Assembly: GCA_011109175.1 (NCBI GenBank)
Contig: RDEW01000004.1
Location: 163,976 to 227,975 of the forward strand
DNA length: 64,000 nt
DNA from: Dicyema japonicum
Taxonomy: Eukaryota; Animalia; Dicyemida
Direction of reading: 5' to 3'
Both the position numbers and the translations under genes were made by a program. Positions 1 to 17,400 of the stretch are shown one piece after another. The notes beneath the pieces were generated by a model. The model saw nothing but the letters and a program-made list of their open reading frames with translations, made no database searches and was not told where the DNA came from. How positions within the stretch are numbered: position 1 is the stretch's first letter; every line of letters begins with the position of its first letter.

Positions 1-578
1 AGATAACCTTGTTTTCTGTCGTGACTGAATGGCTAAGTCTCTTTGAATAGCCTTGCTGTTCCGGCTTCTTGATTCCCCTAATTATACGGAATCATGTTTT
101 TAATAATATAAAAAATCGTTTACTTTGATTTCTTAAACTATTTTTGTTTGCTACATTATTAACGACATAGATAAAATTATATTAATTATCCTTTAAAACG
201 AGCACCTTCAAACAGAGACCCCCCAATTAGACCAGACAGGATTTGAAACCAAGTGATGAATCCATAAAACTTCTCCATAGTCACCTCTTCCATACTCGTA
301 AGAAGACAATGTATTTCATCCATCAGTAGACATTATGTACGTCATCACCATCTCAACTTTATGACTAATTAATCACTTGGGTAAAACTGGTCAGATTAGT
401 AAACTCTTGAATTGCTTATTCTAATTACCCACTAATACAAAAATTAGTTGGAATAGTTAACGTATTAATTCTAATAATGTATTGTGGATAATCAAAAATC
501 AATAAAACATTATACTTAAAATTCATTAGAAAGGAGAAAATCAAAAATTAATAAAGAAATCAAATAGTCCATTAAGAA

Positions 579-3232
<2,654 letters not shown>

Positions 3233-3397
3233 GTCGTATCACTATTTATTAATAATACCTTTTGTTTTAAAAATAAATAATTAATTAATTTAGTAAATAA
3301 ATAATAATCCTTTTTTGATCGCTTTACTCTTTACATTTTTATTAAAAAAAGCTTTTTCACAAGAGCCATAATATATATAAAACACACATATCATTAG

Positions 3398-3540
3398 AGT
3401 AAAGAACAGTTATGTAGTCATTGAAAGGGAAGGATTCGAGGAATGTTACTTAACTGACTTTTTTTCTTTTTTGCTGAGTCCTAGTAGTCAATCCGGTTTC
3501 TCAGTGAAGTATTCGCTGATAACTGGGTCACTTGTGAAAC
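3398..3540 (-). mobile_element. Truncated copy of tRNA-headed SINE family (3' part)
   Basis: Reverse complement of the family 3' tail TAACTGTTCTTTAC and a degenerate GGATTGAC/CACTG core; compare 5683-5871 and 33305-33565. Confidence 0.45.
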
Positions 3541-5682
3541 CCAAAGATATTATTTTTATTTGAATTATAAATTCTACTTATTTTGATATTTAAGACTAAT
3601 CAATATTTAATTATTGCTAGTCTGTTAATATCAAAGTATTAAATTAAACTCCTATTTTATTTATAAACGTGATATTGTTATGAGTGAGGAGTGGCCGATG
3701 CTATTAATTGATTCAGGATTGTCTCCAATATAGCTAATACAGAAACTAAAGTTTTAATTATTATATCCATTATTGTCACTTTTTCATTATCGGAGAGATT
3801 GCAATGTAAAATTATTGATTTATATTTTTAAATTTTATATTTGTTAATTTATTTATAAGCACAAATGGAAAAAACATTAGTTAGCTGCCGCCCTCACTGC
3901 GTGGCTGTTCCTTCTAAAAATTGAGAGCGAAATTCGCTCAAACAACCAGCGTGTTCGCGGAGATTTCCAGTGCATTTTTAATTAAAAATTAAGTTAGTGA
4001 TATAATTTTTATCTGGAACATGACTGGCCTTCGAAATTCCTCAGAACAATATTATAAGCTGAAGGAATTTTTTCAGAACTGGTTCTATGCTATGACAACA
4101 AATCTCATCCAAAAATTGATTCTGTCAATCTTAAGGATGTAAGACAGACTGAAGATTTAATTGATATTAATGATAAATTCTAATGTAGGACTGTTGTTGC
4201 TAAGCAAAGATGTATTAAAATACTAACAATTGTCTGTGAGCTCAATTCAAAACTTGGCCTACATTTTCTTAGGATTCCTTTCTACTTTTTGCCTTCTTCA
4301 ATTCCTAAGAGACGTCATGTGATCAATTGTCCAGGGAGACAGCAAAAGAAATTTTTTTTCTATATTTCACTTGGATTTTGTCTGCACGAACAGACATTCT
4401 CCCTCGGATTAATTAGTTGTGACTGGTTGTGCTTGGTAATACAAGCTCTGGATAAGCTTCAGAATATATTAACCATCATCCTATACATGTAACTAGTGAC
4501 TGATAGTTTTACAATTTTTTTCGATTTTGGGACGGATGAGATTCGAACTCAGATTCTACATAAATCTGACACTTCTTTTGTCTTCTGAGTTCGTCATCTT
4601 GTTCATGCTCATGAGAAAAAGTGCTTTCGTCTACCATGAAGCTAGCTAGACATGTGCACGATACCACCTCAACCTTACGATCAATAAACCACTTAACTAA
4701 TTATTGATTTCCACTGTCGTAAGATGCGGCATTGCCTTTACGATAGCAACTGAATACATCCTAATTAGTTATTTCAGATATTCTCGTCAAAAAGATCCCA
4801 CCCATGAGGCGGAGAGTATTTCTGGTACTACATAGTTGTTGAAAGGAATATTCATTTAGTTGTTAACTATTTTCTAGTTTTATGATAGTAATGAATTTGT
4901 CTGTCGTACTCAGTCTGTCTATTCTACGTTGAAGAATTTAGTAGAAAATATGCTGGAATATGCAGATCTTTTAATTAACCAGGAAATCGTGTGGCAAATC
5001 AATAAATGATAATAAGCATTTAATACATTTTTTGTTTAATGAGTCTTTTATGCAACAGCATTATGCAAAATTCAAAGCCCACTCAGGAAACAAGAAAACC
5101 TCATTGAGTGTTCCTCTTTTATCATTTCCTTACTAATAAACGCTGTTAAGTCTTCCTAACAAATATATAGTGATTTTTTGGTCGTCTGACTTTTATAAAT
5201 GTTGATCCAAGCAGTTAATTGCAAACTTAGAAAATGATCTTTTAAGTGGTACTTCTCAAAAAGTCAAATAGTTTTGGTCCAATCTATGTCAAGACTGATC
5301 AGAAAAATCATGTGGTTTCGTTAGTAACAAAGTCATACCTATCTGTCAATAATAGATATTTCTGACTTTTTACTTAATACCACTTCACATTCAACATGAG
5401 AATGTATTTGCAAAAAAGCTATTCATTTAATTAAATTAATCACAATAAAATTAAAAAAACTAAGCAGTTGATATTGGGATTGAAAGATTTGCTGTGTTTT
5501 GAAATCACCATACACGTTGAACATATCAATAATTCGAGGTTTAATATCTCTCTGTTTTGGTGGTTTTCTTGTGACCCAACCATAGGGGTAAATATAATAT
5601 ATAAATAAATTTTAAGTAATAATATAAAAAACTATTAACTTTTTTATTGTTTGCTAAATAAGGGGGATAAAAACTATTAAAC

Positions 5683-5871
5683 TTTGGCGCAGTGTAACAA
5701 GTGTCTGGCAAAAGTTAGAATCTCGCTCCTATAAGGTTCCACGTATCTAAGATGCTTAGGCTTGACAGGTGACGCCGTCATCAGTGAACATCTCACTGTG
5801 GAACCGGATTGTCTGCAAAAAGACTCACACCCAACAAAAAGTTATGATAACTGTTCTTTACTTAAAATAAA
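5683..5871 (+). mobile_element. tRNA-headed SINE copy
   Basis: Box A-like TGGCGCAGTG, core GGTTCCAC...GTGACGCCGTCATCAGTG...CACTGTGGAACCGGATTGTC and tail TAACTGTTCTTTACTTAAAATAAA, shared with other copies. Confidence 0.7.
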
Positions 5872-6120
5872 GTGTGTTCTTCGTAAAGTGCAGTATTATT
5901 AAAACTTAAAAAATCTGCATACTATTCAGTAATTCTCATTTTGACTGGAACAATTCTCACTTTGAATGAAATTATTCTCATTTTGAATGGAACAATTCTC
6001 ATATTGAATGCGAAATAATATAGTTGATCTAATCTGTTTAAATCGTCTGAGAAACTTATAGTTTTTCCAGAATACAAAATGATCGTCATCTAATATTTTT
6101 ATTTAAAAATAACGTTATGA

Positions 6121-6280
6121 TAGTTAATCTTAACTTTTTCTTTTTTGCTAGTGTGTGATCCCTAAGACAATCGGATTCCGCAGTGATGAATCATCGAAGC
6201 ATGCAACTTTCTACCGGAATAGACAGAGATTCGAATCCTGAACCATCTGAATTTTTCCGCTGCTCATTTGTAACTAGTAT
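6121..6280 (-). mobile_element. tRNA-headed SINE copy (internally deleted)
   Basis: Minus strand has box B GGATTCGAATC and core CACTGCGGAATCCGATTGTC matching the family. Confidence 0.6.
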
Positions 6281-6566
6281 TGTAAAATTTCATTGGTCGT
6301 GAATTTTTTGAATTAGCCGACAAATTGCTTAAGGCAACGAATCGGGATTACAGTTGTCCGCGGAAAGGCTTACTCCGTAATGTCAGCAGCCGCTTCCCCA
6401 TAGTTAATGAATTAATTTTATTGTTAAAAATAAAAAAACTTATCTAATTGCTTAAGACTCTTGAAAATCATTAAAACATATTTTCAAGCAATCTCTGTTT
6501 AATCCTATCTTTGATGTCGAATTTGTTCAGAATATAGTGAAAATGTTTCATTAAAGAATGCAAAAA

Positions 6567-7974
<1,408 letters not shown>

Positions 7975-8229
7975 TTATGACTTACTTTTTAAATATTTTG
8001 CCTTTTTAATTAATTTCTATAGAAACTGATTATTTTATTAGTAATTTTTAATTTATTATAAAAATATTTATTTTTAATTTATTATTTCTAATGATTAAAT
8101 TTTCAATTATTCTAAATATGGCCTTCAATATCAGAAATCACTTTATTTGTGAAACTATCAAAAAACATTTATTCAAATTTAAAAGATAATATTGGAAAGC
8201 CTGTCTAGGTTTTGAATTTATTGTAAACA

Positions 8230-8870
8230 CATTTGTGGTCAATCGAATTTATAATATTTAAATATCCACTGGATAGACCAATTCTGACTTCTCCGCTGGG
8301 ATCTGGGGCTTTTGAAACCGAAGATTTTGAGAGGAGGGAATATCACTGGCTAACGGACAGGTCCAAGCACTATGGAGTTTTCAGGAACACGGATGAGTGA
8401 CGCAAGAATGACTCTTCCAAAACATTAGTCATGCGAGGGCGCCTCTCAATTTGTTCTGAATGTCTGCAAATATTAATAACCTATTAATATTTTGTATTTG
8501 ATTAAAAAATAAATTATAATAAATCTAAACTGAGATCTCGAGTGGACCTGACCATGATAACCATGTACTTGTAAAGCCTTTGTAGGTGATTTAAGGACAT
8601 TACTTATTTCCCCTATATTGGACTTATCATTTTTTGCTAATTTTCTCCTACAATTAGTGTTAACAGGTACAATTAGTGGGTGCTCTTTGGACATAAATTA
8701 AAAATAGACAAGGATGCTCCAGCTAACGTGGTCATGGATAACTCCTTCTTCGGCACTCTCTCATTCCGGGATGACCAAGTGCCACTATTCCTGGAAGGGC
8801 ATCTGGTGTCTTAGAGAGGGAAATGACTTGGACTGATGAGTTTGCTGACATTGTCAGTTTCAGGACCTCT
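8230..8870 (-). CDS. Hypothetical multi-exon gene, divergent from COE
   Basis: GC-richer open stretches separated by plausible 21-23-nt GT-AG introns (e.g. gtccactcgagatctcagtttag). No recognisable domain; boundaries approximate. Confidence 0.3.
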
Positions 8871-8997
8871 TGTTGTTATAGGGGAATGTTAATAATTGTA
8901 ATTAGTGTAAACATAATTATGAGTAAAATCTGATCCAATTAAAAAAAACAAAAATACTATTATTACATCATTTGAATAGAAATTCCCAACGCACAGC

Positions 8998-10498
8998 ATG
9001 ATAAACAGGTTATCGCAATTTTGTAGGGAAACTCAGGTGTTTTTTTTATTTTTAACAAAATACAGTGGCAGGTTCATTCTCAGACAAGTAATTCCCACGA
9101 CAGCCAATTAAGACGCTCGATAAAACTGACCAAATATGAATAAACTCTGCAGGAGTAAAAAACTGAGTAATTTCCTATTGATTAAAGCGTTGCTTACTAT
9201 TTAAACACTGCAAACCACAAGAGAATCAAATGGTCAATATTATTAGGTCTTCAGATGAAAACAGGTTAGTGGATCCTTTATTACAGATTGATAATCCCTA
9301 CATTTTATCAGCAACCTCCAAATAGTCTGCGAAAAAGCAACTTTTTTAGTTTTTCTCTGGTTTTCAAAAATGAATTTGATCACGACCTCCTCATTAAGGA
9401 TGCCTATTTCGTCGGCCTCCTCGACCAGTCTCACAGTAATTTTAACTATAATGTAAATTTTAAAAAATATCAAAGTCACTTGAAAATAAAAACAACGGAA
9501 TTTACTACATTGCTACAATTCTACAAGAATGTTCCCCAGAATGGAAACTCACGTACATCTTATCATCAGAGTCATCGATTCAAGAAATTACGAGGTCACT
9601 GCTCTACTCATTGCAGATCATTCGATATGAAGGACAGGACAATAATCCAGAAATGAGACACGTGCTTCTCACACATGAAGTCACTTGCAAGTATTTCTTG
9701 AGTTAATTTAGTCGTTGCAAAGGCAAGAAGAGCTGTGGTAACAAGAGTGAGACTCCGTCCACCCCCAACATAATAAATAAGTAATATTTCTGATAATCAA
9801 AAGTAAGGAATTAAAATTTTATATGAAATGTAATCAGAATTGTCTCAAGTCTGCTGGCAATCCACGTGACAACAGAAGATTTAAAGTTACAAAAGTAATT
9901 TAAACAAAGATTGGTGTATTCACTCCAAGAGACCCGATTAAGAATTTTTTAGCTTTATCTGATGAAATATTTGTTCATAATAACTCCAAACATGGACAAA
10001 AGACAATCTCCACGAAATGCACGAGACAAAAAAGTCAGTTTTGTGGTGAATTTAGGAACCCCCAAGATTACCAGCATATTCCCACAATCTGGCACCATTG
10101 ATGGTGGAACGACTGTTTGTGTATCTGGGGAACATTTCACTCAGAATACAATCGTTTACTTTCAAGATGTGTCCGTTTACACGTGGGTTTGATTAAATTT
10201 TATTCCCTATAGCACAAAAGTCAAAACTGTTTGTTAATAATAACCCCTCCTTGGACTCGAGCAGGCATTGTGAGGATTCTACTGTTAACGGATAATTCAT
10301 TCATTGACTACTCATCTGAAAGTATATTGTTTGAGTATACTGGTATTCTTGTGGATGTTAATCTTAGATAGACCATATTTGAGAGAAGGAGTCGATTATA
10401 TGCTTTCATCACCATCAATGATGAACTTTACTGAATATAACCATTATTACAATGGAACAAACTATGATGAATACGAAAATCAAAATTATTATCAATAA
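8998..10498 (+). CDS. coe: Collier/Olf/EBF (COE) transcription factor: DNA-binding domain with zinc knuckle plus IPT/TIG, no HLH
   Basis: [71 protein letters not shown] and an IPT domain after splicing 21-26-nt introns. Start codon uncertain; one frame break near 9534. Confidence 0.92.
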
Positions 10499-11104
10499 CA
10501 ACATTATTTTGACTAATTTAATTATTCATTAAAATATACATCAATTTATTTAATATTTGATTATTTCAAATATTCAGACTGACAATATTCAATGTGTCTA
10601 AGACGGGCCTCTTCTCGTGTCCCCGTACCCCTTCGATTTCTCCACAACACCTGATATACCGGACTGATCTCTGGGAACGTAAGCTTTTAGTAGATACTTT
10701 CCTGTAGGCCAATGGTTTCCTTTAGTCAATATGACTGGGAGGTAAATCAATATACAATGTTTTTCTCAGCACTTTAGAAGAAACGACGAGAATGAATCTA
10801 ACGTGGAAGATTGTACAGGATGTTTCAGTTTCATTTGCAAAATTATAATATTAAGACAAAGATCATCGCAAACGAATATTGTCTTAACAGCGGCTGGGAA
10901 TTTTCACGTCTCTTGGAATTGACGAATAATTTGTCGCTAATGTCTTTGTTTCTATTTCCAAATAATGCTCATATTAAATTGGTCGTGAATATAGTATTCT
11001 TTAAAATAATTATTTGATTAACAGAAACCAAAAAACTAGAGTTAGGAGGTCAGAAAAATTCTAAATAGTCAAAAGTACTTCATCGTTCGAGGTGACTAAG
11101 GGTC

Positions 11105-11980
11105 TCATTGTGGGAGTTGATGAGACAGGTTGCAGAATGTGAGGAAGATGTGGTTGTCTGTCCAATAACATATGGAAAGTGTGCAGTAATGATCTGGTTT
11201 TTGGAGAAGAGAGAACCATAAGAGCAGCACGAGTTTCTCCCTTGAATAATTCAGTGTGTATTTACTCTCACATATGATTACGGGAAACTGCATAGTGGTA
11301 AAAGTCACTGCCTTCCAGAAGGGATCAAATGCAGTTTTTGATGTTATTAGAGACAGATGCTTTTCCATTCCACGCCGCGAGAGGAGAAATACTCAATAAC
11401 TTTACCAAATCAGATAGAGTTAGAAGGAGAGCGTTTTCAACTGTGGTCGAAAGGGTCTCAACTGCAAAAAGACGCGGATCCTAAAGTTTGAGGGGAAAAA
11501 CATTCCAAGATTAGGTTTAAGATTGATTCTGTGTAAGGAGGTAAAAAACTGGGTTCACTTAAACAGAGATGATGACGAGATGCTGTTGGCGCAACGGTGA
11601 TGTTATGGAGCTGAACGAGATGTCTTGTTAGAGACACAATGGGTACGGATACTTTCTCAAACGAAAATCTGCTAAGTCACCGCTGTTGCGGGTTTTAGAA
11701 CATTTAATCACGATCATGAGGGTATAATAGCACAATACCCCATTCACAAAGATTGACAAAGAGAAATAAATGCCCATAAGGACACGTAAAAAATATGCTG
11801 CTGGACGACCCGATTGGATACGACCACTCCACCCAACGCTCCAACGTGCAATGGAAGGTTGAGTAGAGGCACACCTGCCTTTATGATCACAAGTGCACAC
11901 AACCAAGTAAGTGAAATTTTTTGATATTGTGCTGCACATTGAATGCTCACATAATGGGTAATTTTGTTTGAGTTGATCAT
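11105..11980 (-). CDS. Hypothetical multi-exon membrane protein (several hydrophobic segments)
   Basis: Overlapping ORFs with hydrophobic runs (WLCALVIIKAGVPLL; LMGIYFSLSIFVNGVLCYYTLMIVI) and micro-intron-like GT-AG segments. Family not recognised; ends approximate. Confidence 0.35.
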
Positions 11981-13140
11981 GCTTAAATAAATTTAATTTA
12001 ATAAATTATCGCAAAAATTATCCAATTTCCTAATTATTTTTTTATTCATAAAGATTTTAAAATATATATAATTAGTATATTATTGTACAATAAAAGCATG
12101 TTTCCTATTAATCTACTGCTGGTCAAGATAATTCCGTCTACTAAATCATCAGCGACAATTATACCGAGAAATTGGCTGTTGAGCGAAAAGACTTTAAAAA
12201 TTTTGCTAAAATAAAATCGGTAGAATCAACACCTGTCTGTCTAGTCGTTCAGGAGATCAGAGTGGAGAGGTACATTGATCATTGTCTTCTCGATTGGAAG
12301 TATTAGACATACCTTACATAAAGACTGTTTTCATCGAGATTTCTATCTGACTGGAATTGAAAATATGTAAAATAATAGCTGTGGATACATAATTTTTTCA
12401 AAGAAGCACGGGGAGATTCCCGTGACATATTTCATTAAAAATTATCATAAAATGTTCATTAGAGTCTCCATGTTGGAACCCGTTGGCTTGGAATGATCCA
12501 ATAGACGGCTAAGGTGTGACTCCATAGCTCCTACTAACATCGTCGGTAGTGCGGTAAATGGCGAAAAGGCTAAGAAATACCTATGTCTTCTCGACCGGTT
12601 CACATACAATTTATTGTTATCGAGACATCTGAAGTAATAAATAAGAACTCCGCTCATCCAAATCCTGCATGGTCCGGGCACACTCATAAGCCGCGGAACC
12701 CAGTGGCTATCGTGAGAGACGAGGCCGCTCGATTAAGTCCGTGGGAATAAATAATTATAACTTAATAAAATTGTATCATTTAACGATACAATAAAATTTT
12801 TAATTATATTAAAAATTATCTTAATTACTCATTATTTAATGGACATGCTGTTTAAGGGTAGACAAAGGCTGTTGGCAACTAACATAATTTGAATTTTATT
12901 GATTTTATATAAAATAAGTTCAATATTCATCTCTTAGTTAAAATACTCCCACCTTTCCTGTAGGCATATGAATATTTAGGGTTTCGCTTGTGGCGCAATC
13001 TTTACTATCTTTTCTATTTGTCTCCTCCATCCAATCTACCGCATATATTTTAGGACGAATGAATTTTTATTATCACAGAAATTAAGTAAGGTTAAATATG
13101 AAGACAATTGAAATAGCATGGGTCCTGCTTCGAAGTGCAT

Positions 13141-14173
13141 GGACTCCTAACTATACCATTTCAGGTTTAAAGTGGGTCTTACCAAAACCAAAGTGGGTCT
13201 TACCAAAAGCAAAGTGGGTCTTACCAAAAGCAAAGTGGAACTTACCAAAAGCAAAGTGGAACTTACCAAAAGCAAAGTGGAACTTACCAAAAGTAAAGTG
13301 GTACTTACCAAAAGCAAGTGGTACTTACCAAAAGCAAAGTGGTACTTGTAGGATATAGACGCGTAATATTTATCAGTGTGTCTGGTTTTATGTAGAGTCG
13401 ACTTTTCTCTCTGGAGTGGATCTTTTGGTGTTTTAGATCCACATCCATACTCTCTGCATTGGGGGGTTTTTGTAGAGAGCCTTAGTCCATCTATTTGCAT
13501 TTTCTGTCTTTATGTTGTTGTCGATCTCTGTGTTCTGCTCTCGTATTTTCCTGATGTTCTTTTCTGTTGGCGATTTTACCATCTTTAGATTATTTCGTTC
13601 TCTGATCAGATGTTTCGTCGTTGTGTTGAAACGTTTTGATGACGTAGGTTGTCTCCCCATAAGAATGTACTTCTTTTTCGCAGCGTTTATAATGGAGTTG
13701 AACCATTTCACTAATTGTTCGACGGAGGGAAAAGTGAGGAAATTTAATAGTCCATTACAATTATCGACGTATTCTTTGAATCCTCTCCAATTCGCAAGGC
13801 TGAGTTTGTTATCGTTGGGTATTGTCCTTTTATCCGTGACCTCGTTTTGAACTCCAAAAATATTGGATTGTGGTCACTCCTGGGGTCATACTTCACTGAC
13901 CAGTCAATAAGAGGGGCCACTGATAAAATATTACGCGTCTATATCCTACAAGTACTACTTTGCTTTTGGTAAGTTCCACTTTGCTTTTGGTAAGTTCCAC
14001 TTTGCTTTTGGTAAGTTCCACTTTGCTTTTGGTAAGTTCCACTTTGCTTTTGGTAAGTACCACTTTGCTTTTGGTAAGACCCACTTTGCTTTTGGTAAGT
14101 ACCACTTTGCTTTTGGTAAGACCCACTTTGCTTTTGGTAAGACCCACTTTAAACCTGAAATGGTATAGAGTCC
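13141..14173. mobile_element. Foldback-like element: ~240-bp inverted arms built of 21-bp tandem repeats, with a captured LINE fragment between them
   Basis: Left arm GGACTC..TATACCATTTCAGGTTTAAA-(AAGTGGGTCTTACCAAAAGCA)x~8-GGATATAGACGCGTAATATTTATCAGTG. Right arm is the reverse complement with ~9 units. The interior translates on the minus strand as a LINE linker. Confidence 0.85.
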
Positions 14174-14486
14174 CTATCCAACAATTAAATCCTCAGTAAT
14201 CTTGACATACAAAGGCAATCACAGCCCTTCATATATAAGGCCGCTATTCTCGCATCCACAGTCACCCTCACTGATCTCAATAGTTTTTCCCGCTCCTCAT
14301 TTAAATTCGCGTCGTACATGTAGACGTATTTATTTGGAAATTAAAAAAGTTAATTATTTGAAATATCAATCAAATAAATGTACTTTAATAAATAATATCA
14401 TGATTTATTTATTGATTTAAATTGGTCGCTCTTATAAACATAAACTGCAATCAATTAATTACACTTGAAGTTACGAAAAAACTGAA

Positions 14487-17400
14487 ATGAGTTCAGCAAA
14501 AATTAAATTTGTAAATATTTTCGTAAACTTAGGCGATAAATAAATTTATAAATGAAGGATATCGACTCAACATAGCCTCTTCCATGACGCCAGTGTTGGT
14601 TAGGTTCGAGCCAAGGGGGGCTCTTGTCGTATTCTCTAATTTTGAGGAATCAAAGTTATACGAAATTAGTTTGATTTATCAATCAGTTTTAGTTGAATTG
14701 AACAAAATTAAGGAAATTAGATCAGACATTTCGGGAAGGAAATACGAAATGAAAGGTCTGGAGGGTAAGAATGGAATCACCATTGTTTTCGGGGACCGGT
14801 TTCTAACCAAGTTCATGTGGCTGAGTGGTTATCCATGTTTTTCACAAAAGGGGATACAAATTTATTACTCCACATTACAACTGCCTTGAAAGTATTAACC
14901 ACCAAAGTTGTAAATCTCAAAGCCAGAAATTTCACTCAAAGCGGCAAAAAGGTGATTCAGAGGTACCTTATTTCGATTTAGTAGGTGTGTGTACAAAGAA
15001 ATGAGGTCCCCAAACAGTCTAATACTCCTAAAACACATTGGGATAACTGATTCAGTCGTAAAGTCCTTTCAGTCGGTTGTTTTGTCATCCTTGGAATGTT
15101 TGAAAAGGGAAGAAAAGGTGGAAGTAATGGATCTTTTCGACAGTGTAAAAGATACTCAGGGTCAGATGGATGATCGTAATTTTTTGTGATCAAGTAACAA
15201 AAATTTCACTAATTTAGTTGTTGAAATTTTTTTTCCGATAATAATGATCTACGTGATCCAAAAAGTAACCTTATCCACCACAACATGAAGCGTCCACTGA
15301 ATGAATACTGGATTGCCTCTTCTCATAACACGTAGGATGATTGACCACGTTAATAGGTACCTCACCGGGGATCAGCTGATGAGTGAATCGACAGCAGAAT
15401 CCTACATTCGTTGTCTCCAAATGGGCAGTCGGTGTCTCGAATGTATACATGTGTATTTTATCTAGTGGACTGCTGGAATGGTCCGAACAACTTCCCAAGA
15501 ATCTACCATGGTCACACACTAACATCTAAATGCACCACCTTGGAAGTAATACAAGCAATAAACAGTCATGCCTTCACACATTCAAAGTAGGGATAACTGA
15601 ATATATAGTTTCCCCCTCATTCTATCCATTGAATGCCACTTGAATGTTTCTCAGCAAAAAGTCCTGGCCCAACAATTCAAAGATGTCTTTGGAGGTTCAA
15701 TTTTGTTTTAAAAAGATAAACTTTTAACAAGAAAAAATAATAAAAATGAAACTGAACTGCCCTCTCCTTTCGCCCTCAAACGTAAAATAATAATCAAAGT
15801 CATTTTCCTTGTCATTCAAAGAACAAGAAAATAACGACATTCTCTGAGTTTAACCCGATTGGAGTTGGAGACGAGGAGATGTCCAACCTTCACCTTGATT
15901 CTTACGGAATGATCAAGTCTCCAGGGGAAGATAAAGTTACTGGATTTGCTGATGTGTTAGAAATGGATAAAATGCTACTTTTTTCTTTCAAAACACAAAC
16001 TTATTTGGCTCTTTCACCCCGACAGCCCACAAATGCAGTTATTTCAAAAAACGGATGAATTCTGGGAGTTTTACGACAGAGAAATGTGGTTCCACGGATA
16101 TTTTGAAAATGGTTTCAAAACGGCCAATGAAATAATCCTTTCCTACATTTTTATGAAGGATGGGGCCTTCTTAATATACAACACTCAGGACTCCCTCATA
16201 CTAGGCATACTGTAGGGGTTCGAATAAGTGATTAGATCGAACAGAAAGGTGCATACTCTTCGGATTTTGCAAACCAAAGAATTTGCGTTTATGTCATATC
16301 GCCTGGAAAACCAAGACCAGAAATTCACAAACCTTTATAAAATGGTGGAGTTTTATCAGAACAACAAAATAATTATAAAACAGCAAAACGGTAATTTGGC
16401 AGTGAAATTAACGAAACCTATTCCTCAGGTAGAGAACCACATAGATTACAAGTTGTCACTTTGGGGGTTATTTTGGTGGTACTATCCCAATTCACGGAGA
16501 AAAGACATTATCAATATATTCGAGACTACGAGGAAGGAAGGGTCATATTTGCTGAGAAATGGAAAGACGCCTCAAAATTTAATCTTAAGTTTCTGGTAGT
16601 TCTCAATTGCGGAATTTAAGGGACTCTCAAAGGATCAGGAACATTAAAATATTGCGGGACACCAAATATTATAATATGGGGTCCCACCCTTACATCAATA
16701 TCACACAAATTGTCAAAAAATACTCAAATTTTCCCATTCACGGAGACACGTGTCTTTTATATCCCATCACATATGAATTTATCAGAAATTTACAAAATGT
16801 GATTATTTTCTTATATTGAGATGTGTGTGTACAAAGTGATCAGCAACCACGAAAGACCAAAGTCAAATGAACTTTATTTGAGGGTAAACGATCACGTGGT
16901 AGACGTCGCTGAGTCAAAAATTTATCCTGACTTGTATTTTGGTGATCAAAGGAATAGGTTGATTGGGAACCATTTATGTCAATACAAAGGCTATCTTCAA
17001 AAATCCAAGGTAGTCAGGGTCATCTCGCAAGATGAGGCCTACAATGCTATCCACGAAGCCAAAAGAAATTTTCATTTTTTGTATCTGAAAGATATCAAAT
17101 TGATAAAAACTAGTTTGGATTGATTTCATTTTAGAGGATGCGACAACTATAAACGTGGAGGTGCTTGAAAATGCCGAATGTCTACGATTCAAATTTTCTA
17201 GCAAAGATGAAGCTCAAATTTGGAAAGACAAAATAACCTATCTTCTTTCTGACCATGCAAAGGTTAATTTGAAAGGTGATTCCAGGAAAGTACAGAGGAC
17301 CAAAACAGTGACACCACTCATCAGCTTTCCAAGGAACTTTCAGATCTGATAGTGTATTGTTGTTCCAAGAAATTCGATCCAAACAGTACAGAATAGTATT

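Noticed and set aside
200-420. In-frame TGA in a short minus-strand coding-like stretch, suggesting stop-codon reassignment
   Set aside because: Well-conserved genes (VCP, CDKL, kinesin) read fully with the standard code once micro-introns are removed; the gene model here is unresolved.
13180-13350. CRISPR-like appearance of the 21-bp repeats
   Set aside because: The units are directly tandem with no spacers, the DNA is eukaryotic, and there are no cas genes.
13098-14199. ORFs encoding (KWVLPKA)n, (VGLTKSK)n and (LLLVSST)n repeat peptides
   Set aside because: They are open only because the 21-bp unit of the foldback arms lacks stops in several frames on both strands; there is no gene-like context.
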